DNA of 64,000 bases from an uncultured virus (IMG/VR IMGVR_UViG_3300027782_000042) (IMGVR_UViG_3300027782_000042), one strand, 5' to 3'. Counted from the stretch's first letter, positions 49,683 to 55,856 are shown. Translations and numbers: made by a program. The notes: generated by a model not told the origin, from the sequence alone.

Positions 49683-50138
49683 ATGAACAGAGTATTTAGG
49701 ACAATTAATGGTGAAGCGATACCTGATGTGGTTAAACACACCTTAGATGTTTTAAAGGAATGTCCATGGGTTGAGATCCATATTGGAACCGATTCACAAA
49801 ACCATAGAAGAAGTACCGTATATGTTACGGTAATTGCTTACAGGTATGGTAATCGTGGTGTTCACTACATCCTACACAAACAAAAAGTGAAAAAAATAAA
49901 AGACAAGTGGACACGTCTTTGGAATGAAGCCGATTATTCAATTGAGGTTGCCGAATGGTTAACTCAAAAAGTAAAAGTTAAGGTTGAAATAGATTTGGAT
50001 TATAATTGTGAAGATAAACATTACAGTTCAAAACTTGTTTCTCCTGTTGTTGGGTGGGCAACGTCGTTAGGTTATAAAGCAAATATTAAACCTGACAATC
50101 AAATTGCAACAAGAGCGGCAGATCACCACTGCCGTTAA
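49683..50138 (+). CDS. RNase H-like YkuK (DUF458) family protein
   Basis: IHIGTDSQ, RLWNEA, EIDLDYN, IKP..ATRAAD. Confidence 0.85.
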   Translation: MNRVFRTINGEAIPDVVKHTLDVLKECPWVEIHIGTDSQNHRRSTVYVTVIAYRYGNRGVHYILHKQKVKKIKDKWTRLWNEADYSIEVAEWLTQKVKVKVEIDLDYNCEDKHYSSKLVSPVVGWATSLGYKANIKPDNQIATRAADHHCR

Positions 50139-50140
50139 TT

Positions 50141-50213
50141 GCTCAGGTGGTCGAGTGGTTTAGGCCCAGGTCTGCAAAACCTTGGTACGGGGGTTCGAAT
50201 CCCTCCCTGAGCT
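50141..50213 (+). tRNA. trnC: tRNA-Cys(GCA)
   Basis: AGGT-CTGCAAA-ACCT, U73. Confidence 0.85.
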
Positions 50214-50220
50214 CAAAAAT

Positions 50221-50294
50221 GCCTTCGTGGTGGAATTGGTATACACGTCACTCTTAGAAAGTGAATTTTGCAGGTTCGAGTCCTGCCGGAGGTA
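50221..50294 (+). tRNA. trnL: tRNA-Leu(UAG), short variable region
   Basis: TCACT-CTTAGAA-AGTGA, Leu-type D-arm. Confidence 0.8.
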
Positions 50295-50313
50295 CAAACA
50301 AAAAAAAGTGAAG

Positions 50314-50556
50314 ATGGAAAAGTTGATGAAAAATAAAGAAGGAGAATACCTATACGTTTTTGATATAATTCAAAACGGTAAAGTCGCAGGGTCAAATATT
50401 TTGTGGAGTAAGAACTTCATCCAAGTAATGGCGAGTGCAAAAAAAAGATTTGGTAATGTGGATAATGAGTCTTTTAAAAGATTAACCAAAGATGAGTACG
50501 CAACTATGATCGAGGATCAAAAAACAAAAAAACTTGATAAAAAAAGAAAGTGGTGA
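50314..50556 (+). CDS. hypothetical protein
   Basis: start adjusted to MEKLMKN downstream of tRNA-Leu. Confidence 0.65.
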   Translation: MEKLMKNKEGEYLYVFDIIQNGKVAGSNILWSKNFIQVMASAKKRFGNVDNESFKRLTKDEYATMIEDQKTKKLDKKRKW

Positions 50557-50595
50557 TTTAAATCGTATATTGAATATTTATTAATAAAACATTTA

Positions 50596-50928
50596 ATGAA
50601 AAAAGTAATTAGACTAACAGAATCAGATTTAACAAGAATTGTTAAACGTGTAATTAATGAAAATGACAACTATAAAGACAGAAGTATGTATGATCCGTAC
50701 TATAGTGAAGAACTTCAAGAGTTAATTGAAGAGGCGAGAGATTTCCTTGAAAATGAATGTGGATATGACATTGAAGAAATCAATTCAATGGATGAATTTG
50801 ATATTATTGAGGCGTTATATGCTGATAATAATGAAGATTTAGCTGATGAAATTGAAAAATTATTAAACCAAGAAGGTTTTTATAATGCCGATGAGGACGA
50901 AGACTTTGATGATGAAGAATATGCATAA
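50596..50928 (+). CDS. acidic protein, MKKVIRLTESDL propeptide
   Basis: ORF track. Confidence 0.8.
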   Translation: MKKVIRLTESDLTRIVKRVINENDNYKDRSMYDPYYSEELQELIEEARDFLENECGYDIEEINSMDEFDIIEALYADNNEDLADEIEKLLNQEGFYNADEDEDFDDEEYA

Positions 50929-50951
50929 TAAAAAATATAAAAAACATAAAA

Positions 50952-51284
50952 ATGAGAAATAGATTAACAGAAAGAGACTTATCACGTATTGTTAAACGTG
51001 TAATTAATGAAAATAAAGAGGGTATGATTCGTATCCCAAGTATGTATGAGGGTGTTAGAATGGAACTTGGAAAAAGTGCTAACCCACAAGATGTCATTGA
51101 CATGTATAATGAACTTGTTGAAGAGGGGTCTACTCTTGTTGACTATTCTGAGTATGGAACTGAAGGTATGTTTTATAATGAAGAAGGTGATGAGATCCCT
51201 GTTAATGTAATTCTTGATGAACTTAACTACGCAATAGTTGGTGAAGAAGATGAAGATTACGACGATGAAGATGGAAATTATTAA
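50952..51284 (+). CDS. acidic protein, RLTERDL..VINE propeptide
   Basis: ORF track. Confidence 0.8.
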   Translation: MRNRLTERDLSRIVKRVINENKEGMIRIPSMYEGVRMELGKSANPQDVIDMYNELVEEGSTLVDYSEYGTEGMFYNEEGDEIPVNVILDELNYAIVGEEDEDYDDEDGNY

Positions 51285-51344
51285 ATAAAACTTGACACTT
51301 TTAAAAAGTATCATATATTTATAACAAAACAAATAAAAACGCAA

Positions 51345-51419
51345 ATGAAAAATTTACATATCATATTATTAGGCGGATTGGCGATAGCTGAGGATCGTTC
51401 CTATAAGGAGATGGTATGA
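51345..51419 (+). CDS. attenuator leader peptide 2 (24 aa) for tRNA array 2
   Basis: MKNLHIILLGGLAIAEDRSYKEMV; core codons match array-2 anticodons; followed by terminator. Confidence 0.8.
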   Translation: MKNLHIILLGGLAIAEDRSYKEMV

Positions 51420-51443
51420 TAATTTAACACATAATAAATTTTG

Positions 51444-51475
51444 AAAACCCATCTCCAAAAGAGGTGGGTTTTTTT
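51444..51475 (+). terminator. attenuator terminator 2
   Basis: AAAACCCATCTC-caaaa-GAGGTGGGTTTTTTT. Confidence 0.85.
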
Positions 51476-51490
51476 GTTCTTTGAAATTTT
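51476..51490 (+). promoter_or_regulatory. boxA-like site
   Basis: GTTCTTTGAAATTTT directly after terminator 2. Confidence 0.5.
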
Positions 51491-51518
51491 GGAAATTAAA
51501 AAATAAACAGTATCTTTG
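51488..51518 (+). promoter_or_regulatory. Bacteroidota-type promoter
   Basis: TTTG...TATCTTTG. Confidence 0.6.
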
Positions 51519-51522
51519 TTTT

Positions 51523-51813
51523 ATGATAACATTTGATGATATAGAGTTTAAACCACATGGTATTGGTAATGGGGTTCACGGATTACTGTTTTTTCCTGGA
51601 GGATACGGAATCTCGGTTGTAAGATTTAAATCTCCTTTTGGTGGGGGTGGATCATATACTTCAGATGATGATGATTATGAGGTCGCCGTTATTAAAGGAA
51701 CAAAAGATGATTGGGAAATTTCTTATGACACAAAAATAACTAATGATGTTTTGGGTTATCAGACTAAAGAGGATATAAATAAATTAATTACTCAAATTTT
51801 AAGATACTGTTAA
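51523..51813 (+). CDS. hypothetical phage protein
   Basis: start adjusted; FPGGYGISVV..YEVAV..DVLGY. Confidence 0.75.
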   Translation: MITFDDIEFKPHGIGNGVHGLLFFPGGYGISVVRFKSPFGGGGSYTSDDDDYEVAVIKGTKDDWEISYDTKITNDVLGYQTKEDINKLITQILRYC

Positions 51814-51814
51814 A

Positions 51815-51979
51815 ATGAAAACAAAGGAAAAAAATATCGTACATAAGATGATCTTGGGTAGTCAAAGGGTTGCTCAAAAAGAACAAGGTTTTTTTGATGG
51901 TAGATTTGTTACTAGATCTATGGATTTAAAAAATAATTACACAAGGAAAGAAAAACACAAAAAAAGTTTGGTAGATTAG
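51815..51979 (+). CDS. small basic protein, ArfA-like ribosome rescue factor candidate
   Basis: read by hand: ..FDGRFVTRSMDLKNNYTRKEKHKK.. Confidence 0.55.
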   Translation: MKTKEKNIVHKMILGSQRVAQKEQGFFDGRFVTRSMDLKNNYTRKEKHKKSLVD

Positions 51980-51998
51980 AAAAAACCTTGTATATTTG
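51967..51998 (+). promoter_or_regulatory. Bacteroidota-type promoter
   Basis: TTTG...TATATTTG. Confidence 0.6.
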
Positions 51999-52061
51999 TA
52001 AGACAAACAACGGGGGTAGGAAGTGAGAGGTTGGTGTCCTACTCCCGTGAAGACAGAAGAA

Positions 52062-52074
52062 GTTCATTGAAATA
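52062..52074 (+). promoter_or_regulatory. boxA-like site
   Basis: GTTCATTGAAATA after hairpin 52010-52048. Confidence 0.5.
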
Positions 52075-52080
52075 AAAATA

Positions 52081-52165
52081 TAGTGGTTGTAAGAAACGGG
52101 AAACTTGTAAAGTACATTAACCTGTTGGCTCAAGATGGTGAAACAAGAGTGTGAGTCAACTACTA
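52081..52165 (+). ncRNA. unidentified structured RNA
   Basis: TAGTGGTTG/CAACTACTA closing stem. Confidence 0.4.
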
Positions 52166-52177
52166 ACTACATAAATT

Positions 52178-52252
52178 TGTCAGGTGGGCGTAATGAGGGA
52201 CGGTGCCCGAATCCTATAGGTTGCTTATCCGGTTCGAGTCCGGCCCTGACAA
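52178..52252 (+). ncRNA. tRNA-like RNA without canonical anticodon arm (family copy 1)
   Basis: TGTCAGG/CCTGACA acceptor, GGTTCGAGTCC T-arm. Confidence 0.6.
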
Positions 52253-52265
52253 AAAAATTTTAAAT

Positions 52266-52387
52266 AGGTAAGTGGCGGAATTGGCAGACGCTTAGGTTTA
52301 TTCCCCGTAAGAAGTCACCGAGATATAGCTGGGGATGTCTCTTGAAAAGGGAACTATATCGTACAGGTTCGAATCCTGTTTTACCTA
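52266..52387 (+). ncRNA. tRNA scaffold with ~70-nt structured insert replacing the anticodon arm
   Basis: acceptor, TGGCGGAATTGGCAGACGC D-arm, CAGGTTCGAATCCTG T-arm. Confidence 0.6.
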
Positions 52388-52392
52388 CATAT

Positions 52393-52463
52393 TGCGGTTT
52401 AGTGTAATTGGTAGCACACGGGGCTCATAACCCTGAGGCCAGGTTCGAGCCCTGAATCCGCTA
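52393..52463 (+). tRNA. trnfM: initiator tRNA-fMet(CAU)
   Basis: 1:72 mismatch, three G:C pairs in anticodon stem, CTCATAA loop. Confidence 0.8.
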
Positions 52464-52469
52464 CTAAAT

Positions 52470-52550
52470 GCTGACGTACCAGTGGACGCTTATATCGTCT
52501 ATGACTGTAGTGGTAAGTTTAAAACGTTGGTTCGAATCCAACCGTCAGTA
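52470..52550 (+). tRNA. atypical tRNA-like RNA with UAU (Ile) anticodon loop
   Basis: GCTGACG/CGTCAGT acceptor, GGACG-CTTATAT-CGTCT, canonical T-arm, no D-arm. Confidence 0.5.
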
Positions 52551-52556
52551 CAATAA

Positions 52557-52628
52557 GCGGGTATCGTATAATGGTTATTACTCCACACTTCCAATGTGGA
52601 GACGAGTGTTCGATTCATTCTACCCGCA
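52557..52628 (+). tRNA. trnG: tRNA-Gly(UCC)
   Basis: CCACA-CTTCCAA-TGTGG. Confidence 0.9.
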
Positions 52629-52633
52629 CAAAT

Positions 52634-52706
52634 GGGCCTGATGCCGACGGCAGGTCGACTGATTTGCAATCAGATCGTATGGGTTCGATTCCCACAGTGT
52701 CCACCA
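52634..52706 (+). tRNA. trnA: tRNA-Ala(UGC)
   Basis: G3:U70, CTGA-TTTGCAA-TCAG, acceptor bulge, encoded CCA. Confidence 0.7.
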
Positions 52707-52728
52707 AATAAACAATTAATACAAATGA

Positions 52729-52884
52729 ATGATGAGAGAAGTTTTATCAGGAACCTCAGAGTCATCGAAAGTTAAAATGATTAGAGTTAACACGAATACT
52801 GACTGGTTGAAGAAACTGAAAAAAACGCTTAATAGAACGAAGTACAAGTTTAGGGTGGGGAGCGGGTCCCACAAAAAAATTTAA
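52729..52884 (+). CDS. small basic hypothetical protein (51 aa)
   Basis: read by hand MMREVLSG...GSHKKI. Confidence 0.35.
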   Translation: MMREVLSGTSESSKVKMIRVNTNTDWLKKLKKTLNRTKYKFRVGSGSHKKI

Positions 52885-52891
52885 AAAAAGA

Positions 52892-52923
52892 TTTGGTAGA
52901 TCAAAATAGATTACATATCTTTG
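52892..52923 (+). promoter_or_regulatory. Bacteroidota-type promoter
   Basis: TTTG...TATCTTTG. Confidence 0.65.
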
Positions 52924-52943
52924 TAGAACAAAAATAAAGAACT

Positions 52944-53225
52944 ATGACAAACACAGAGACAATTAAAACAGTAGGTTTAAGAATTATAAAGATTGAGGGA
53001 TATGATTATTGTTTGACAGGATACCCAAACAAAAACACAATCCGTGAATGGGAAGACGCATATGAGTTTGAAAGTTTTGTTCAGAATGTCTTAAAGATTG
53101 ATGGTGAATTTGATTCTGAAAGTGGTCAGTTCTACGTGTACTTCAAAACCAAACAAAAGGCTACCTCCTCTTTGAATAAAATTGAAAAACATTTCAAAAA
53201 AGTTGGTGAAATGTTAGGTTTGTAA
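52944..53225 (+). CDS. hypothetical protein
   Basis: ORF track. Confidence 0.75.
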   Translation: MTNTETIKTVGLRIIKIEGYDYCLTGYPNKNTIREWEDAYEFESFVQNVLKIDGEFDSESGQFYVYFKTKQKATSSLNKIEKHFKKVGEMLGL

Positions 53226-53236
53226 TAAAACAAAAT

Positions 53237-53308
53237 GGTCCCATCGACTATCGGTTAGGTCGCCAGGTTTTCATCCTGGAAAGTCGGGTTCGACTCCCGG
53301 TGGGACTA
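53237..53308 (+). tRNA. trnE: tRNA-Glu(UUC)
   Basis: CCAGG-TTTTCAT-CCTGG. Confidence 0.9.
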
Positions 53309-53368
53309 CAATGAAATGAACAACATAGCACACAAGTTGTACCTCTACGGTTTTAAAGTGTGGTTATT

Positions 53369-53444
53369 GGAGATTAGGTCAAATGGTTAAGATGTCGCCC
53401 TGTCACGGCGTTCGGAGCGGGTTCGACTCCCGTAATCTCCGCCA
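53369..53444 (+). tRNA. trnD: tRNA-Asp(GUC)
   Basis: CGCC-CTGTCAC-GGCG, G73, CCA. Confidence 0.9.
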
Positions 53445-53451
53445 AAAGAGA

Positions 53452-53467
53452 GTTCTTTGAAATATTG
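53452..53467 (+). promoter_or_regulatory. boxA-like site
   Basis: GTTCTTTGAAATATTG. Confidence 0.6.
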
Positions 53468-53603
53468 ATAGTGGTTTTCCCCACCTCAACGGATGTCGAC
53501 AATCCAGAGTGGATCAGGAATTCAGCACCCTCTGCCGGGGCCCTGAGAAAACTCAGAAGACGCAGTTAAGATTGGAGCGAGAAGGGTACTCCATCACTAT
53601 CAA
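53465..53603 (+). ncRNA. unidentified structured RNA (~140 nt)
   Basis: TTGATAGTG/CACTATCAA closing stem, GC-rich interior hairpins. Confidence 0.5.
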
Positions 53604-53611
53604 CAATATTT

Positions 53612-53685
53612 AGTCAGGTGGCTAATTGGTAACGCGCCCCGACAGAATGTTGGGGAGATTGCAGGTTCGAGTCCTGTCCTGACTA
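53612..53685 (+). ncRNA. tRNA-like RNA with extended anticodon stem (GAA at tip, no U33)
   Basis: AGTCAGG/CCTGACT acceptor, CCCCGACA-GAA-TGTTGGGG, canonical T-arm. Confidence 0.6.
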
Positions 53686-53775
53686 CAAATATTAAAAAAT
53701 TATGACACCAATATTATTTGTATTATTTGTTTTGTTTATCTTTATGGTAAGAAAGAGAAAATAACTCTTTAAAAT

Positions 53776-53862
53776 GCTCGGATGGTGGAATTGGTAGACA
53801 CGACAGGTTTAAGCTCTGTTGACCAGTGGGTTGTGAGGGTTCGAGTCCCTCTTCGAGTACCA
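53776..53862 (+). tRNA. trnL: tRNA-Leu(UAA)
   Basis: ACAGG-TTTAAGC-TCTGT, long variable arm, CCA. Confidence 0.9.
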
Positions 53863-53869
53863 ATGATAA

Positions 53870-53957
53870 ACTTCAGTACCCGTACCGCCAACGTAGGGTT
53901 AAATTAGATACAATTTCGTGTTACATTTATGTATGTGCGGGGAGTAGAATGCTGAAG
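53870..53957 (+). ncRNA. unidentified long hairpin RNA
   Basis: CTTCAGTA/TGCTGAAG and CCCGTAC/GTGCGGG stems. Confidence 0.4.
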
Positions 53958-53967
53958 AGTCGTTGTT

Positions 53968-54042
53968 TGTCAGGAGTGTAATGAGGCATGGTGCCGAGTC
54001 CTTTATGGTTGCTCATTGTGGGTTCGAATCCCACCCTGACAT
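53968..54042 (+). ncRNA. tRNA-like RNA without canonical anticodon arm (family copy 2)
   Basis: TGTCAGG/CCTGACA acceptor, GTGGGTTCGAATCCCAC T-arm, interior similar to 52178. Confidence 0.6.
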
Positions 54043-54046
54043 CAAA

Positions 54047-54121
54047 GGTCCTATAGCTCAGTTGGTTAGTAGCACTTGACTCATAATCAAGGGGTCGCAG
54101 GTTCGAGTCCTGCTGGGACCA
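54047..54121 (+). tRNA. trnI: tRNA-Ile2(CAU, lysidine type)
   Basis: CTTGA-CTCATAA-TCAAG; GGTCCTA acceptor with C4:G69/C5:G68 as in Ile2 tRNAs. Confidence 0.75.
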
Positions 54122-54165
54122 CAAAATATATTTATTTTTTAGTAAAATATTACTATATTAAAAAT

Positions 54166-54237
54166 GGCCCCATAGTTAAATGGATATAACGAATCTCTTC
54201 TAAAGATTAGTTCCTAGTTCGATTCTAGGTGGGGCTA
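54166..54237 (+). tRNA. trnR: tRNA-Arg(UCU), second copy
   Basis: AATCT-CTTCTAA-AGATT. Confidence 0.9.
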
Positions 54238-54254
54238 CATTTTTTTAAAAAAAT

Positions 54255-54285
54255 TTTGTAGATCTCAGAAATTCCCTTATCTTTG
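54255..54285 (+). promoter_or_regulatory. Bacteroidota-type promoter
   Basis: TTTG...TATCTTTG. Confidence 0.6.
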
Positions 54286-54309
54286 TTTAAACCAAAAAAC
54301 ATTAAGGAT

Positions 54310-55059
54310 ATGACGACAGACATCACAACTCAGGTAAAAAACTACAACGGTAAAAATTCTTTCATCTTGAAAATGAAGGACGCAGTCTCTAAATACGGTT
54401 CTTTGACAGTTAACCAAAGATCTGCGGTTGAGAAGATTTTCAACAATCCTGTTGAGGCAAAATCAGTTGAGATGACTGACGATATGAAAAAAATCGCATC
54501 TTACGAAGGTCCTAACTCTTTCGTTATTGACCTTAAAAACAAACTTAACCAATACGGTAAACTTTCTGAAAAACAGATCTCTACTGGTTTGAAACAAATC
54601 GATAAAGAGGAGAACAAAACTGTTATCCGTAAAGTTAACGTTCCTGCGATTGGAGACACAATCAAAGTTGGTCGAAAAATCGGACAACAACTTAAAGAAC
54701 AATACGGACTTAACTTTAACCCAATCCTTTTGGATATCACTAAAGTTTTGTCTTTCACATCAAAGGCGGTTAAATTCTCAGGTAAAATGACCGTAAAACG
54801 TGGGGATGTTTGTGTGTGTTGTGCTAAGACTCTTACAGACGAGTTCTCAATGTTGACTAAAATGGGTAAGACATGTGCTAAACACATGGGGGTTACATAC
54901 ATTACGGATGTGAATCAAGTTGACAAATTCCGTGAAGAATACCTTAAGAGGGTTGAGGAGATCGGTGAGATGGAATTTTGGGTTCCAAATTCACAAATCA
55001 AGTCTTGGGAAGGTGACACCAAAGTTCTTCAAAAAATGTCACACCTTTGGTTTAAATAA
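54310..55059 (+). CDS. hypothetical protein with N-terminal repeat and DUF6011-like zinc finger
   Basis: Y.G.NSF..KYG.L..Q twice; CVCCAKTLTDEFS..MGKTCAKH. Confidence 0.75.
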   Translation: MTTDITTQVKNYNGKNSFILKMKDAVSKYGSLTVNQRSAVEKIFNNPVEAKSVEMTDDMKKIASYEGPNSFVIDLKNKLNQYGKLSEKQISTGLKQIDKEENKTVIRKVNVPAIGDTIKVGRKIGQQLKEQYGLNFNPILLDITKVLSFTSKAVKFSGKMTVKRGDVCVCCAKTLTDEFSMLTKMGKTCAKHMGVTYITDVNQVDKFREEYLKRVEEIGEMEFWVPNSQIKSWEGDTKVLQKMSHLWFK

Positions 55060-55259
55060 AAAGAATGTGGGGTTTGTTCATTATGGGACAGACCCCGCTC
55101 ATTTGGTATAGTTTTGGGTATTTTATTTATTATTTATTAAAAAAAACGTTATGGAAATTATTATCGGAATTTCAATCCCTTTTATTTTGGCGGGAATTGT
55201 TTTATTGTCTTATATGATATATAACAAAAAATAAAAAAGGGACCTAAGTCCCTTCAATT

Positions 55260-55856
55260 TTATTTAATATCTGTTGATTTAATTAATGTGTAACTAAATG
55301 AGTTACCATGTATTTCTTTGGCTTTTCTACAAATCTTCATGAACTCCTCAAAATCCGCAGATTTTTTAAATACTTGACAACCTTCAGACCAATTCTCAAC
55401 ATATGTTGAATCGGCACCTGCTTTATGAATGTTAATACCATAAACACCTTCAGTAATTTTTTTCTCATCATAAATTAGATCTTTATTGGCATCACGATAA
55501 ACCTTAACGTTTTTCGCTTGACCTAAAGCTTCGTATTTACCTTGATGTAATCTAATTGTGTGAGATCCTCTATATTGACCCTCAACCAATCTTGCAACAC
55601 CATCTTTATTATGGTATTCCATAACACCTTTTTTACCTGGATCTGTAGTTGCTGGCCAAATATGGAATTTCCATTGACCGTCTACTTTATAGGATAATGT
55701 TAAATAATCATCAAAAACATTAGTAACTTTTTGTCCTGTAGCGGCATTTCTGATCCCAATGATATTAACATCGTAACTTTTGTTTGATGTATCTTCAAAC
55801 CAAACATAACCTTTGGATTTTACTGCGGTTTCAACCTGTTCTCTTGTATAACTCAT
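55260..55856 (-). CDS. L,D-transpeptidase-like (YkuD-type His/Cys) protein
   Basis: GINIH..WSEGCQV. Confidence 0.6.
   Translation of the reverse strand: MSYTREQVETAVKSKGYVWFEDTSNKSYDVNIIGIRNAATGQKVTNVFDDYLTLSYKVDGQWKFHIWPATTDPGKKGVMEYHNKDGVARLVEGQYRGSHTIRLHQGKYEALGQAKNVKVYRDANKDLIYDEKKITEGVYGINIHKAGADSTYVENWSEGCQVFKKSADFEEFMKICRKAKEIHGNSFSYTLIKSTDIK

Noticed and set aside
52178..52252. Possible amber (CUA) suppressor tRNA and stop-codon recoding
   Set aside because: CTA is not in a 7-nt loop on a 5-bp stem, and TAG/TGA end normal full-length genes, so there is no sign of recoding.
52266..52387. Group I intron-containing tRNA
   Set aside because: Insert ~70 nt, far too short and lacking core motifs.
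52634..52706. tRNA-Cys(GCA) reading
   Set aside because: The loop centres on TGC and G3:U70 indicates Ala.
53702..53764. 20-aa ORF MTPILFVLFVLFIFMVRKRK as a third attenuator leader
   Set aside because: No terminator/antiterminator follows and its codons do not track downstream tRNAs; may be a tiny membrane peptide.
53927..54124. Minus-strand ORF MWSQQDSNLRP..
   Set aside because: Typical antisense translation of tRNA sequence.
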